Source: Candidatus Binatus sp.
Lineage (GTDB): Bacteria; Desulfobacterota; Binatia; Binatales; Binataceae
Reading direction: 5' to 3'
Assembly: GCF_035272065.1 (NCBI RefSeq)
Contig: NZ_DATEQZ010000114.1
Span: 3,002-67,001, forward strand
Length of the DNA: 64,000 bases
Part shown: piece after piece, positions 44,479 to 53,839 of the stretch
Position numbering within the stretch: position 1 is the stretch's first letter
Layout of the letters: each line of letters begins with the position of its first letter
The notes under the pieces: generated by a model
Told to the model about the DNA's origin: nothing
Databases searched by the model: none
Seen by the model: only the letters and a program-made list of their open reading frames with translations
Position numbers and translations under genes: made by a program

Positions 44479-45962
44479 CGCCGCGATCCCCACAGCTCGA
44501 AGTTATTCAGGCTGTCCCACGGCGACCGACGCTCAGTATTTGCCTTCGGTGCAGCATTTTCCGCTTGCACGTCACCCGCGGTGATTGCTGCTGCGACAAT
44601 CGCCGCATCGATTTCGTCGTTAGTGATCTTCCACTCAGGAAAAAATTGATCGATGAAGTGTGTCGAGAGTCTCGCGTCGCGAAACTGCTCGCTCGCAACG
44701 ATATCGCGCAGGTACGCCGCGTTGTTCGTCACGCCAAGCAGCGCGAATTCGCCGAGCGCATTGACCAGCCGCCCGCGCGCCTCCTCGCGAGTCGGGCCGT
44801 AACAAATCAGCTTGCCGAGCAGACCATCGTACCACGGCGTAACTTCGGCGCCGCGCGTCATATGCGAATCGAAACGCACGCCCGGCCCGCCGGGAACACT
44901 CAGATGGAGCACGGTTCCCGTCGCAGGACGAAAGTTGTGCTCGGGATCTTCGGCGTTGATTCGGCATTCAATTGCCGCGCCGCGTGGAGCCGCGGGCTCC
45001 GACACCTTGCCGCCCGACGCGATCCGCAACTGCTCGCACACCAGGTCGCATCCGAAACGCATCTCGGTCACGGGATGCTCGACCTGGAGGCGCGCATTCA
45101 CTTCGAGGAAGTAGAAGTTGTCACCCTCGACCAGAAACTCCGTGGTACCTGCATTGGTGTAATGCGCCGCGCGCGCGAGCTTCAGCGCCGCGTCGATCAT
45201 CTTCGCGCGCATCTCGGCGGAAAGGCCCGGCGCCGGTGACTCCTCGATAATTTTCTGATAGCGCCGCTGGATCGAACAATCGCGTTCGCCCAGCGCGACC
45301 AAGGCGCCGTGCTCGTCGCCGAGAACTTGGATTTCGATATGCCGCGGATGCGCGAGATACTTCTCGATGAATATCCGCCCGTCGCCGAACGCAGCCGTCG
45401 CCTCGCGCGCAGCCGCTTCCAGAGCGCTCTCGAGCTGAGCGGCTTCCGCAACGATGCGCATGCCGCGTCCGCCTCCACCGGCGGCAGCCTTGACCAGGAT
45501 CGGATATCCGGCGAGCGCGGCAAACGCGCGGGCCGCGGAAATTTCCGCGGTTTCGATTCCAGGCACCACCGGAACTCCCGCCGCGACCGCGATTCGCCGT
45601 GCCGCAACCTTGTCCCCGAGAGCCGCCATCACCTCCGGCCGCGGTCCCACAAACACGATCTGCGCGTCCGCCGCGGCCCGCGCGAACTCGGGCCGCTCGG
45701 AGAGAAATCCGTAGCCCGGATGAATCGCGTCGGCGCCGGATTGCTTTGCCGCCGCGATTATCGCCGCGATGTCGAGGTAGCTCTTCGCAGCCTCGGCTGG
45801 CCCGATCGCAATCGCCTCGTCCGCCGCGCCGACGTGCGCGCTCTTAGCGTCCGCTGCCGAATAGACGGCTACGGTCTTGAGGCCGAACAAACGCGCGCTG
45901 CGGATGATCCGAAGCGCAATTTCGCCGCGATTTGCGACGAGTAATTTCGTGAGCCGCGCCAT
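44475..45962 (-). CDS. biotin carboxylase subunit of an acyl-CoA carboxylase
   Basis: KLLVANRGEIALRIIR, HPGYGFLSE, ATP-grasp GGGGRGMR, and EVNARLQVEHPVTE. Confidence 0.9.
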   Translation of the reverse strand: MARLTKLLVANRGEIALRIIRSARLFGLKTVAVYSAADAKSAHVGAADEAIAIGPAEAAKSYLDIAAIIAAAKQSGADAIHPGYGFLSERPEFARAAADAQIVFVGPRPEVMAALGDKVAARRIAVAAGVPVVPGIETAEISAARAFAALAGYPILVKAAAGGGGRGMRIVAEAAQLESALEAAAREATAAFGDGRIFIEKYLAHPRHIEIQVLGDEHGALVALGERDCSIQRRYQKIIEESPAPGLSAEMRAKMIDAALKLARAAHYTNAGTTEFLVEGDNFYFLEVNARLQVEHPVTEMRFGCDLVCEQLRIASGGKVSEPAAPRGAAIECRINAEDPEHNFRPATGTVLHLSVPGGPGVRFDSHMTRGAEVTPWYDGLLGKLICYGPTREEARGRLVNALGEFALLGVTNNAAYLRDIVASEQFRDARLSTHFIDQFFPEWKITNDEIDAAIVAAAITAGDVQAENAAPKANTERRSPWDSLNNFELWGSRR

Positions 45963-46038
45963 AGATTCGACGAAGCTAGCACAATCAATTGCAACCGGCG
46001 CGCCCGTCGTATAATTCCCGACAGGGCATCGGACCTGC

Positions 46039-46485
46039 ATGAATCGCTACTTCGAGGATTTCACCGCCGGCCAGACTCTTAAGCACTGGCCCGGCCGCAC
46101 TATCACCGACTTCGACAACACCTGGTTCACGCTCATGACGATGAACACCAACCCGCTTCACTTCGATGTCGCCTACGCCGCGACCACGCAGCACGGCCGT
46201 CCGCTCGTCAACGGGCTGCTGGTGATGGCGACGGTGGTCGGCATGAGCGTGAAGGACGTGAGCGAGAACGCGATCGCGAACCTTGAGTACGAGTCGGTGC
46301 GTCACACCAGTCCGACCTTCGCCGGCGACACGCTGTACGCCGAGACGACGGTGCTCGAGACGACCGCGTCGAAATCGAAGAGCGACCGCGGCGTAATCTA
46401 CGTCGAGACGCGCGGCCTCAATCAACGCGGCGAACAGATAATGATCCTGCGCCGCAAAATTCTCGTCCCACGGCGGCCCGCCTGA
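46039..46485 (+). CDS. MaoC-family enoyl-CoA hydratase/dehydratase
   Basis: NPLHFD...HGRPLVNG hot-dog hydratase motif. 148 aa. Confidence 0.8.
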   Translation: MNRYFEDFTAGQTLKHWPGRTITDFDNTWFTLMTMNTNPLHFDVAYAATTQHGRPLVNGLLVMATVVGMSVKDVSENAIANLEYESVRHTSPTFAGDTLYAETTVLETTASKSKSDRGVIYVETRGLNQRGEQIMILRRKILVPRRPA

Positions 46486-46491
46486 GCTCTT

Positions 46492-49272
46492 ATGGACCAA
46501 CTATACTTCGTCGTTCACACGCATTGGGATCGCGAATGGTATCAGCCGTTCCAGCAGATGCGCGCGCGGCTGGTCACGATGGCCGACCGCATGATCCCGC
46601 TGGTTGAGCGCGGCACGATTCCGTCGTTTCACTTCGACGGCCAGACGATCGTGCTCGACGACTATCTCGAGATGCGCCCGCGCGCCGAGCGGCGGCTGCG
46701 CAATCTGATTCGCGCGGGCAAGATCCAGGTCGGGCCGTGGTACGTGCTCGCCGACAGCTTCCTGGTGAGCGGGGAGTCGCTGATCCGCAATCTCGAAATC
46801 GGCATGGCGATCGCGCGCCGCTTCGGCCGTCCGCTCGACGTCGGCTACCTGCCTGATCAGTTCGGGCACATCGCGCAGATGCCACAAATTCTCGCCGGCT
46901 TCGGATTCACGACCGCGGTGCTGTGGCGCGGAGTCGGCGCGGACGTAAATCGCAATCGCTTTGTCTGGGAAGCGCTCGACGGCAGTTCCGTGCTGACGGT
47001 CTATATGCCCAACGGCTATTCGAACGGCGCGAATCTCCCCCTCGAATCGGTTGACAGCTTCGTCGCGCGCGCCGAACGCATCGCGGACCGCGAGCGCGAC
47101 TTCGCCGCGGGCACGCCGATCCTCGTGATGACCGGTACCGATCACGCCGAGCCCGACCCGCGCCTCACCGCGCGGATCATCGAGGCGCGCGAGATTTCCG
47201 CAATGACCTTCGAGACGGGCTCGCTCGAGGACTATGTCCTCCGGCTCGCCGAACTTCCGCTCGACGGCACGCCGCGCCATCGCGGCGAACTGCGCTCGCC
47301 ATTGCGCTCGCATCTGCTGCCCGGCGTCACCTCCGCACGCACATGGATTAAGCAGCGCGACTTCGAGAATTGCCGCGCACTCGAGCGCTATGCCGATCCG
47401 CTCGCCGCGCTGGCCAACGCGCTCGGGCGCGGCGCCAGCCTCGACGCATTCCTCGAGATGGCGTGGCGCACCGAGATTCAGAACCATCCTCACGATTCGA
47501 TTTGCGGATGTTCGGTCGATCAGGTGCACATCGACATGCGCTACCGATTCGATCAGGCTGCGATGCTTGCCGAGACCGCCGTGCGCCGCGCCGCCGCGTT
47601 GTGCCTCAATTCCCGCAACGTCGACGCGTCGGAGATTGCCGTATTCAACCCATCGCTCGCTCGCCGCGCGCTTGTGACCGGCGAAGCCGAAATTGCCGAC
47701 CCGGACGCGCGTTATGTTGTCGAGACTTCCGACGGCCGCCGCATCCCGGTTGCGATCGACGTTGCCCGCGAGCAGCGTGCGCTCGATTCCGATATGCCGA
47801 CGGCGGAATTCAAGTCGATCGTCGTCGGCTTGAGCCAACCGGCCGTCTTCGGCCGCACCGTGAATCGCTTCGAGATCACAACCGCGCCGGACGGCCGCCT
47901 GCAGGTGAATCTTTTCATGAGCCGGGCCGCGTTCAGCGATCTCGATCTCGAGCAATTCAGGCACGCGGTTCGCACGCGCATTCCCGATTCGGGCTCGATG
48001 CGCATCCATGCGACCAGCGCCGCACGATGCGCCGTCAGTTTCGTCGCCGACGATCTCGCGCAATCGGGATTCAGCTTCTATCGCCTGGTGCGCGACGATT
48101 CCGCCGCCGTGCCGGCGAGACCCGAATCGGTCGCGTCGATTGAGAACGAATTCTTCCGCCTGACTCCGACGCCGCGCGGCCTGGAGATTCGCGATCTCGC
48201 GCGCAACACAGCGATGGAGCTGTATTTCGAGGACGACGGCGATCGCGGCGACGAGTACAACTTCGATCCTGTCAGCGATGGTGCGTCGATCGCGAGTCCT
48301 GCCTCGATATCCGCGAGCGTTGTTGACAATGGCCCCGTGCGCAAGCGCATCAAGCTCTCGATGACGTTCGAAATACCTGCCTCGCTCACTACAGATCGAC
48401 GCGCACGCTCGCCGCGACGCGAGCAACTCGACGTCGCACTCATCGCGACGCTCTACCAAGGCTTCGACCGCGTCGATTTCATCGCCGACGTTACGAATCG
48501 GTCGCAAGACCATCGACTGCGGGCCGCCCTGCGCACGCCAATCTTCGCCACCGAGGCCGTGAATGACACCAGTTTCGGCGTGCTGCGCCGCCCGCTCGCG
48601 CCGTCAGAACCGCGGGGCACCGAGGACATCTATCCGACCGTGCCTCAGCGCACGTTCACCGCCGTCGAGGGCGCTGAGTTCTCGGCCGCGCTCGCGAGCC
48701 GCGGCATCCTCGAGGTCGAGGCGCGGCCCGAGCGCGCGGGCACGACGATTCTTCTGACTCTTTTGCGATGCGTGGGGTGGCTGTCGCGTTCCGATCTCGC
48801 GACGCGCCGCGGCGGGGCCGGACCCGAGCTAGAGACGCCCGACGCCCAGGAACCGGGCGAGCATCGCTTCGAATTTGCCGTCGCGACTTTTCGCGGGAGC
48901 TATCTCGAGAGCGATTTGTCGCAACGCGTCGAGGCGTACACGTCGCCACCGCGCGTTTTTTCCGGCCGCCGCGGCGAACGCGATTCCGCCGCCTCACTCT
49001 TCGGATGCGACAATCCGCGAGTAATTTTCTCGACGGCGCGCCCCCTTGCCCGCGCGAACTCCTACAAAGTGCGCGTTTACAGCGCGTCGCAGGCGCCCGA
49101 GACCGCCAGCTTCACCTTCGCCGCCGGCCGCCGCGCGCGCATTGTCGACCTCCGTGGACGTCCAGTGAAGCGCGCCGGCCTCAAGCGCTCGCGCGACGGC
49201 GCCATCACGCTCGAACTGAAGCCGTTCGAGCTCGTCACGTTCGAGGTGCGCGCCCGGCCTCCCGCCGAGTGA
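46492..49272 (+). CDS. glycoside hydrolase family 38 (alpha-mannosidase / mannosylglycerate hydrolase-like)
   Basis: N-terminal VVHTHWDREWY and LPDQFGH metal-site motifs. 926 aa. Confidence 0.8.
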   Translation: MDQLYFVVHTHWDREWYQPFQQMRARLVTMADRMIPLVERGTIPSFHFDGQTIVLDDYLEMRPRAERRLRNLIRAGKIQVGPWYVLADSFLVSGESLIRNLEIGMAIARRFGRPLDVGYLPDQFGHIAQMPQILAGFGFTTAVLWRGVGADVNRNRFVWEALDGSSVLTVYMPNGYSNGANLPLESVDSFVARAERIADRERDFAAGTPILVMTGTDHAEPDPRLTARIIEAREISAMTFETGSLEDYVLRLAELPLDGTPRHRGELRSPLRSHLLPGVTSARTWIKQRDFENCRALERYADPLAALANALGRGASLDAFLEMAWRTEIQNHPHDSICGCSVDQVHIDMRYRFDQAAMLAETAVRRAAALCLNSRNVDASEIAVFNPSLARRALVTGEAEIADPDARYVVETSDGRRIPVAIDVAREQRALDSDMPTAEFKSIVVGLSQPAVFGRTVNRFEITTAPDGRLQVNLFMSRAAFSDLDLEQFRHAVRTRIPDSGSMRIHATSAARCAVSFVADDLAQSGFSFYRLVRDDSAAVPARPESVASIENEFFRLTPTPRGLEIRDLARNTAMELYFEDDGDRGDEYNFDPVSDGASIASPASISASVVDNGPVRKRIKLSMTFEIPASLTTDRRARSPRREQLDVALIATLYQGFDRVDFIADVTNRSQDHRLRAALRTPIFATEAVNDTSFGVLRRPLAPSEPRGTEDIYPTVPQRTFTAVEGAEFSAALASRGILEVEARPERAGTTILLTLLRCVGWLSRSDLATRRGGAGPELETPDAQEPGEHRFEFAVATFRGSYLESDLSQRVEAYTSPPRVFSGRRGERDSAASLFGCDNPRVIFSTARPLARANSYKVRVYSASQAPETASFTFAAGRRARIVDLRGRPVKRAGLKRSRDGAITLELKPFELVTFEVRARPPAE

Positions 49273-49457
49273 AAAACTGAAAATATTTTCCGAATTGATC
49301 ATCAAAAGGGATTGATCGACGGCGCAATTTCACTATCTTGTTTAATCCGAGTTTGGATTCGAGCGCGATTGGTGTGTTGCGGAATTGAAACGAAACAAAT
49401 CGTCGTGCGTATCAATTGACGGATGAGCCAACTGACTTGAGGAGCGCTAGCGCAAGA

Positions 49458-49673
49458 ATGAGCGAGAAGATCACGGTTCGCACCGTGTACGATTTCCCCG
49501 TTGCCGGTCATCTGTGCGAGGACGGAACCGTGCGTTACGTCAAACTGGTGCGCCGCGCCGGCCAACAGCCCGAAGGGACCTGCCCGCAGTGCAAGATTTC
49601 GTTTCTGTATCAAAAGCCCAAAGCCTCGAAGGCCGCACGCCATCCCGAGGGCGAGGGCATCGTCCACTTTTAG
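49458..49673 (+). CDS. hypothetical small protein
   Basis: 71-aa ORF after an AT-rich spacer. It contains C-x(22)-C-P-Q-C. Weakly supported. Confidence 0.3.
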   Translation: MSEKITVRTVYDFPVAGHLCEDGTVRYVKLVRRAGQQPEGTCPQCKISFLYQKPKASKAARHPEGEGIVHF

Positions 49674-49694
49674 ATATTGCCGAAATCAGCTCCG

Positions 49695-50510
49695 CTATTT
49701 TCCCTGATGCGCGCCGCTTGCCGAGTCGCCGCCGTGGCCGCGCGACTTAACGAGCATGATTCGCGGGCCCTTGTAGTATCGCGCGGCCTCGTCGCCGACG
49801 AACGCCCATCCGTCGTTGGGATCGAACCACGCATGAAGCTTGGGCACGAAGGCTGCGACGATCACGTTCAACCATCCGAAGTCCGGCCGCACTTCGACTC
49901 GCAGCGCTTCGGCGCCATAGGCCGTCCACACCGCATCTCCCGGATCGATATTCACGCTGATCGCAAATATCGTCGGGTTCGGCGCGCAGTTGAAGACGTG
50001 CAACTCACGACTGATGCCTCTGTCGCCCGCGCGCAAAAAATCCTGGATCGGAATCACGATGCTCGCGCCCGCCCAGGTGTCCTCCGGGATGCTCAGCCGC
50101 TCGGACTGCTCGCTCTTCTGTCCGTCGGCGTTGTCGATGCACGTTCCCGCTCCCGTCTTCAGATCGGCGTGCGCGCGTTTCAGGATCGAGCCGTCGGCGT
50201 TGTAGAACGTGTGATCGAATTCCACCAGCTTGGGTAGCTGTCCCGCGCCTTCCAATTCCAGGTGCGCTGTCTCGACATCGGTCTGACCGTCAAAGTAATC
50301 GTTCTCGCCGCGCAGCGTCGCGCCGCCGGGCGCACGCTCTATTCGGTAGCGGCCGTGTCCGATCGCAGCACCGCTATCCGGGTTCAGAATCGCAAAATTA
50401 GTCGGCGGAAAGCTGAGCGCATTCGCCGACAACGCGGGCCGCGTGCACGCGATAGTCAGGATTATCGCGAGCGCCGCGGCAATCCATCGCCGCTTCCGTA
50501 TCGCAATCAT
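49695..50510 (-). CDS. secreted/lipoprotein hypothetical protein
   Basis: ATG 50510 gives MIAIRKRRWIAAALAIILTIAC..., which looks like a signal or lipobox sequence. The upstream part of track ORF 49695..50897 is Arg/Ala-rich shadow. Confidence 0.55.
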   Translation of the reverse strand: MIAIRKRRWIAAALAIILTIACTRPALSANALSFPPTNFAILNPDSGAAIGHGRYRIERAPGGATLRGENDYFDGQTDVETAHLELEGAGQLPKLVEFDHTFYNADGSILKRAHADLKTGAGTCIDNADGQKSEQSERLSIPEDTWAGASIVIPIQDFLRAGDRGISRELHVFNCAPNPTIFAISVNIDPGDAVWTAYGAEALRVEVRPDFGWLNVIVAAFVPKLHAWFDPNDGWAFVGDEAARYYKGPRIMLVKSRGHGGDSASGAHQGK

Positions 50511-50589
50511 GCCCTTGCCAACGCGCAACCTGTCTGGAACGTTAACTCGGCTGGCGATCTGCGCGCCAGCCGCACGATCAAAGGCTATC

Positions 50590-51204
50590 ATGCTCGATAC
50601 AATCTTCAGCGCGAACCTCCACATCAAGCGCATGCAATCGCGATCCGCCCGCGCGCTCTTCCGCGTGGGCATCAGCGCGAATCTCGCAACGATTCTCGCC
50701 GCGCTCGCCGGCATCGCATCCGGCGTCGCATTCGCGAGCGCGCATCCTACCTGGGCCATCGCGGCGCTAACTCTCAGCGCCGCCTTCGACGCGCTCGACG
50801 GCACCATCGCGCGCGAATGCGCCGCGCCCAGCACCCTCGGCGGCGTGCTCGACCTGTCGGCCGACCGCGTCGTCGAGGCCTGTGTGATCGTCGGCATCGC
50901 GTGGCGCGATCCCGCCCTCTATTTCCCCGCCCTGGTCCTGGTAGCCACCTGGTACGTGAACATCACGATATTCCTGGCGGTAGGCGCGGCGCTGGAAGGC
51001 CCCGGCGCAAAATTGATCGAGTACCCACCCGGAATCCTCGAACGCACCGAAGCAATAATCTTCTTCATAGTGCTAGGACTGATCGAAGCGACGCCGCTCC
51101 TGCGCCCGCTTGGCCCACTACTCTGCTACGCGATGGCCTTGCTGGAAATCGTCACCGGCGCCCAACGCCTGCTATTCGGCCTGCGAATGCTGCGCTCGCA
51201 ATAA
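50590..51204 (+). CDS. CDP-alcohol phosphatidyltransferase family protein
   Basis: DALDGTIARECAAPSTLGGVLDLSADR matches D-x2-D-G-x2-A-R...G-x3-D-x3-D. Confidence 0.75.
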   Translation: MLDTIFSANLHIKRMQSRSARALFRVGISANLATILAALAGIASGVAFASAHPTWAIAALTLSAAFDALDGTIARECAAPSTLGGVLDLSADRVVEACVIVGIAWRDPALYFPALVLVATWYVNITIFLAVGAALEGPGAKLIEYPPGILERTEAIIFFIVLGLIEATPLLRPLGPLLCYAMALLEIVTGAQRLLFGLRMLRSQ

Positions 51205-51228
51205 TCCCGCTCCCATCAGACGCTCGCG

Positions 51229-53061
51229 CTACTCGACGGTTACTGACTTCGCGAGGTTGCGTGGCTGATCGACGTCGGTGCCGCGCTCCGATGCTATATG
51301 GTACGCGAGCAATTGCAGCGGCACCGTCATCAGCACGGGCGTCAGCATCCGGTTGGTCTCCGGCACCTCGATAATTTCGTCGGCGACGCTTTTCAGCTCG
51401 GCGGTCGCGTGATTAGTCACCGCGATAATCCTCCCGTTGCGCGATTCGACTTCCTTGAGATTCGACATCGACTTCTCGAACAGGCCGTCGTTGGGAATTA
51501 TCACCACCACCGGCATCTTGTCGTCGATAAGCGCGATCGGCCCATGCTTCATCTCGCCCGCCGAGTAACCCTCGGCGTGAATGTAGGAAATTTCCTTCAG
51601 TTTGAGCGCGCCCTCGAGCGCAATCGGGTAGTTGATCCCGCGTCCAAGGAACAGGAAGTCCCGCGCCTGTGCGTACTTGCGCGCGATCGACTGAATATTC
51701 GGCTCGCTCTCCAAGATAGCTTTGATCTGTCCGGGGATCGCGAAAGCCGGTTGCAGCAACTTACCGGCGTCGGCCTCGGACAGGCGTCCCATCCGCACCG
51801 CCAGATGAATCGCGAACAGGTAGTAAGCCTCGAGCTGCGTGAGAAAGCATTTGGTGGTGGTGACGCTCGTCTCGGGACCGCATCGCGTGTACAACTGCGC
51901 GTCGGCCTTGCGCGCGATCGACGAGTCCACCGTGTTGGTGATCGCCAGCAAATGCGCCCCGCGCGCGCGCCCTTCTTCCATCGCGGCGATCGTGTCGGCG
52001 GTCTCGCCCGACTGCGACACCGCGATGATCATCGTGCGGGCGTCGATCGGAGGCCGCCGATAGCGGAACTCTGACGAGTAATCGACCTCGACCGGAATCC
52101 CGGCCAGCTCCTCGATCATGAACTTGGCGACCTGTGCCGTGATCCACGACGCGCCCGCACCGAGCATCACGATCCGCCCGATCGACGCAGGGCCGCCCGC
52201 CGGCAGCAGCTCGCCCTCGAAGCGCACTGTGGATGAGCCGCCATCCGCGCGTCCCGCCATCGTGTCGATCCATGCCTGCGGCTGATCGTCTATTTCCTTG
52301 CGCAGGTAGTGCCGGAAGCCTCCCTTGGTGGCGGCGACTGCGTCCCATTCGACTTGACGCGGTGCGCGAGTAACCTCAGTGCCGTCGAACTTCATCAGCC
52401 GCGCGGTGGTCGCGGTGACCTCGGCAAGCTCGCCGTCTTCGAGCACGAGCGCGCGGCGCGTGTGCTCGAGAATCGCGGGAATATCCGACGCGATGAAATT
52501 CTCGCCGTCGCCCAACCCCAGCACCAGCGGCGTGGCGGTCTTTGCGGCGATCAACTTGCCGGGTTCGGTTTCCGACAGCACGACGATCGAGAACGAACCG
52601 CGCAGGCGGATGACGGCCTCGCGCACGGCCTCGGTCAGTCCTCGCCCAGTTTTGAGCTTCTCTTCGATGAGGTGCGAGATCAGCTCAGTATCGGTTTCGG
52701 AGCTGAGCTTGTGGCCGCGTGCGAGCAGTTCGGCGCGCAGCTCGACGAAGTTCTCGACGATGCCGTTGTGAATGACGGCGACCGGGCCGGCTTTGTGCGG
52801 ATGCGCATTCTCTTCGGAAGGGCGGCCGTGCGTCGCCCATCGCGTGTGTCCGATTCCGATATGGCCTTGCAGAGGCGCGTCGGCCAGCAGGTGGCGCAGA
52901 TTTTCGAGCTTGCCCTTGGCGCGCCGAATTTCGAGCTTGCCGCTATCGACGATAGTTGCGACACCGGCCGAGTCGTAGCCGCGGTATTCGAGGCGTCCGA
53001 GTCCTCCGAGGAGGATTGGGTAGGCCTCGCTCGGCCCGACATATCCGATTATTCCGCACAT
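51229..53061 (-). CDS. glmS: glutamine--fructose-6-phosphate aminotransferase
   Basis: MCGIIGYVG N-terminal nucleophile, two SIS domains, and C-terminal PRNLAKSVTVE. Confidence 0.95.
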   Translation of the reverse strand: MCGIIGYVGPSEAYPILLGGLGRLEYRGYDSAGVATIVDSGKLEIRRAKGKLENLRHLLADAPLQGHIGIGHTRWATHGRPSEENAHPHKAGPVAVIHNGIVENFVELRAELLARGHKLSSETDTELISHLIEEKLKTGRGLTEAVREAVIRLRGSFSIVVLSETEPGKLIAAKTATPLVLGLGDGENFIASDIPAILEHTRRALVLEDGELAEVTATTARLMKFDGTEVTRAPRQVEWDAVAATKGGFRHYLRKEIDDQPQAWIDTMAGRADGGSSTVRFEGELLPAGGPASIGRIVMLGAGASWITAQVAKFMIEELAGIPVEVDYSSEFRYRRPPIDARTMIIAVSQSGETADTIAAMEEGRARGAHLLAITNTVDSSIARKADAQLYTRCGPETSVTTTKCFLTQLEAYYLFAIHLAVRMGRLSEADAGKLLQPAFAIPGQIKAILESEPNIQSIARKYAQARDFLFLGRGINYPIALEGALKLKEISYIHAEGYSAGEMKHGPIALIDDKMPVVVIIPNDGLFEKSMSNLKEVESRNGRIIAVTNHATAELKSVADEIIEVPETNRMLTPVLMTVPLQLLAYHIASERGTDVDQPRNLAKSVTVE

Positions 53062-53071
53062 AGTCGTTCGC

Positions 53072-53251
53072 TCCTCTCCCTGACCGAAGAGAGCTTTGCG
53101 AAACGGGCTCGGCGTTCTTCCCCTCTCCCTGCCAGGGAGAGGATGAAGGTGAGGGTCCTTATACAGCGCGCATTTTTCGCGCGCGATTCAAGATTCTGCC
53201 TCTTCTCTGCCCGCGTGCCGACTTTATGCAAAGCTCTCCTGATCGAAAGGA
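53072..53251 (-). repeat. intergenic repeat element, copy C (inverted relative to A/B), abutting the glmS start
   Basis: The reverse complement aligns with 38713-38891: GGAGAGCTTTGCATAA ... GCAGAATCTTGAATCGCGCGCGAAAAATGCGCGCTGTATAAGGACCCTCACCTTCATCCTCTCCCTGGCAGGGAGAGG ... TTTCGCAAAGCTCTC. The end lies 10 nt from the glmS ATG. Confidence 0.85.
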
Positions 53252-53600
53252 AGTTACGGAGTTATCCGAACCACACGAACGCAGCGATAGCGAACTGATT
53301 TGTAGGGGAGAGTTTAGAAAATCACGTCAGAGCCGGACGCTCTGCCACTTAAGGCGCATTTTGTCGCGCGGTCACCCGCACGGTTTTTCTCGCCTCTATC
53401 GACTGTGGAGCCGGGAAGCCATCCGCCGAATCTTTCGATACTGCTTCCACCTCGTCAACTCATCGCCCGCTACGGCCATGAGTCCTGGCGCTACTCTCGC
53501 TTTTTGTTTTCTATCGCTTCGACCGCCACCTCGTTGCTGTGATTATTCCCGCAAGGTCGCGCGAGTTCAAGCGACGCGTTTGTCGGGTTAGTGGGTCAGT

Positions 53601-53807
53601 TTAATCGGACTGGCTCGGACGGTCTAATTTCCCGACTTGTCGCGAGAAATCTATCAAGATGGTGACTATTGCGGCGCCGATCCCGACTCCGACAGGAAGC
53701 ATCCCTCTGCCCCAGGTCCACCTCAGAATCAGGAAAGCCACAAAAGAAAAGACCGCAGATCTGAGTAGTATCAAGATCACTCGAGTGCGGCGGCGTTCCA
53801 ACGGCAT
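53601..53807 (-). CDS. possible small two-TM membrane protein
   Basis: 68-aa ORF with two hydrophobic stretches, in the lower-GC glmU-glmS spacer. No clear RBS. Confidence 0.25.
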   Translation of the reverse strand: MPLERRRTRVILILLRSAVFSFVAFLILRWTWGRGMLPVGVGIGAAIVTILIDFSRQVGKLDRPSQSD

Positions 53808-53839
53808 CGGAATTCAAACTGACCCACTACGGTCTGGTC

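Noticed and set aside
46501-48513. Very long antisense ORFs. Examples: 46501..48513 (670 aa), 57368..58915, 58984..59910, 59652..61046, 25000..26484, 29998..31341, 62019..63077, 24037..24984
   Set aside because: Each lies opposite a gene with clear family motifs and has the Arg/Ala/Gly/His-rich, low-complexity composition typical of shadow ORFs in about 65% GC DNA.
53062-53300. A glmS ribozyme in the glmS leader
   Set aside because: I read the reverse complement upstream of the glmS ATG. It is occupied by the dispersed repeat element, and I could not find the conserved glmS-ribozyme core segments. An Infernal scan would settle this.
53262-53600. RNase P RNA, SRP RNA or tmRNA in the non-coding glmU-glmS stretch
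   Set aside because: I looked for GGAAAGTCCGGGC-type (RNase P), GGAAGCAGCC-type (SRP) and tRNA-like 3' ends on both strands. Only a partial GGAAGCAG match turned up, without the surrounding helix.
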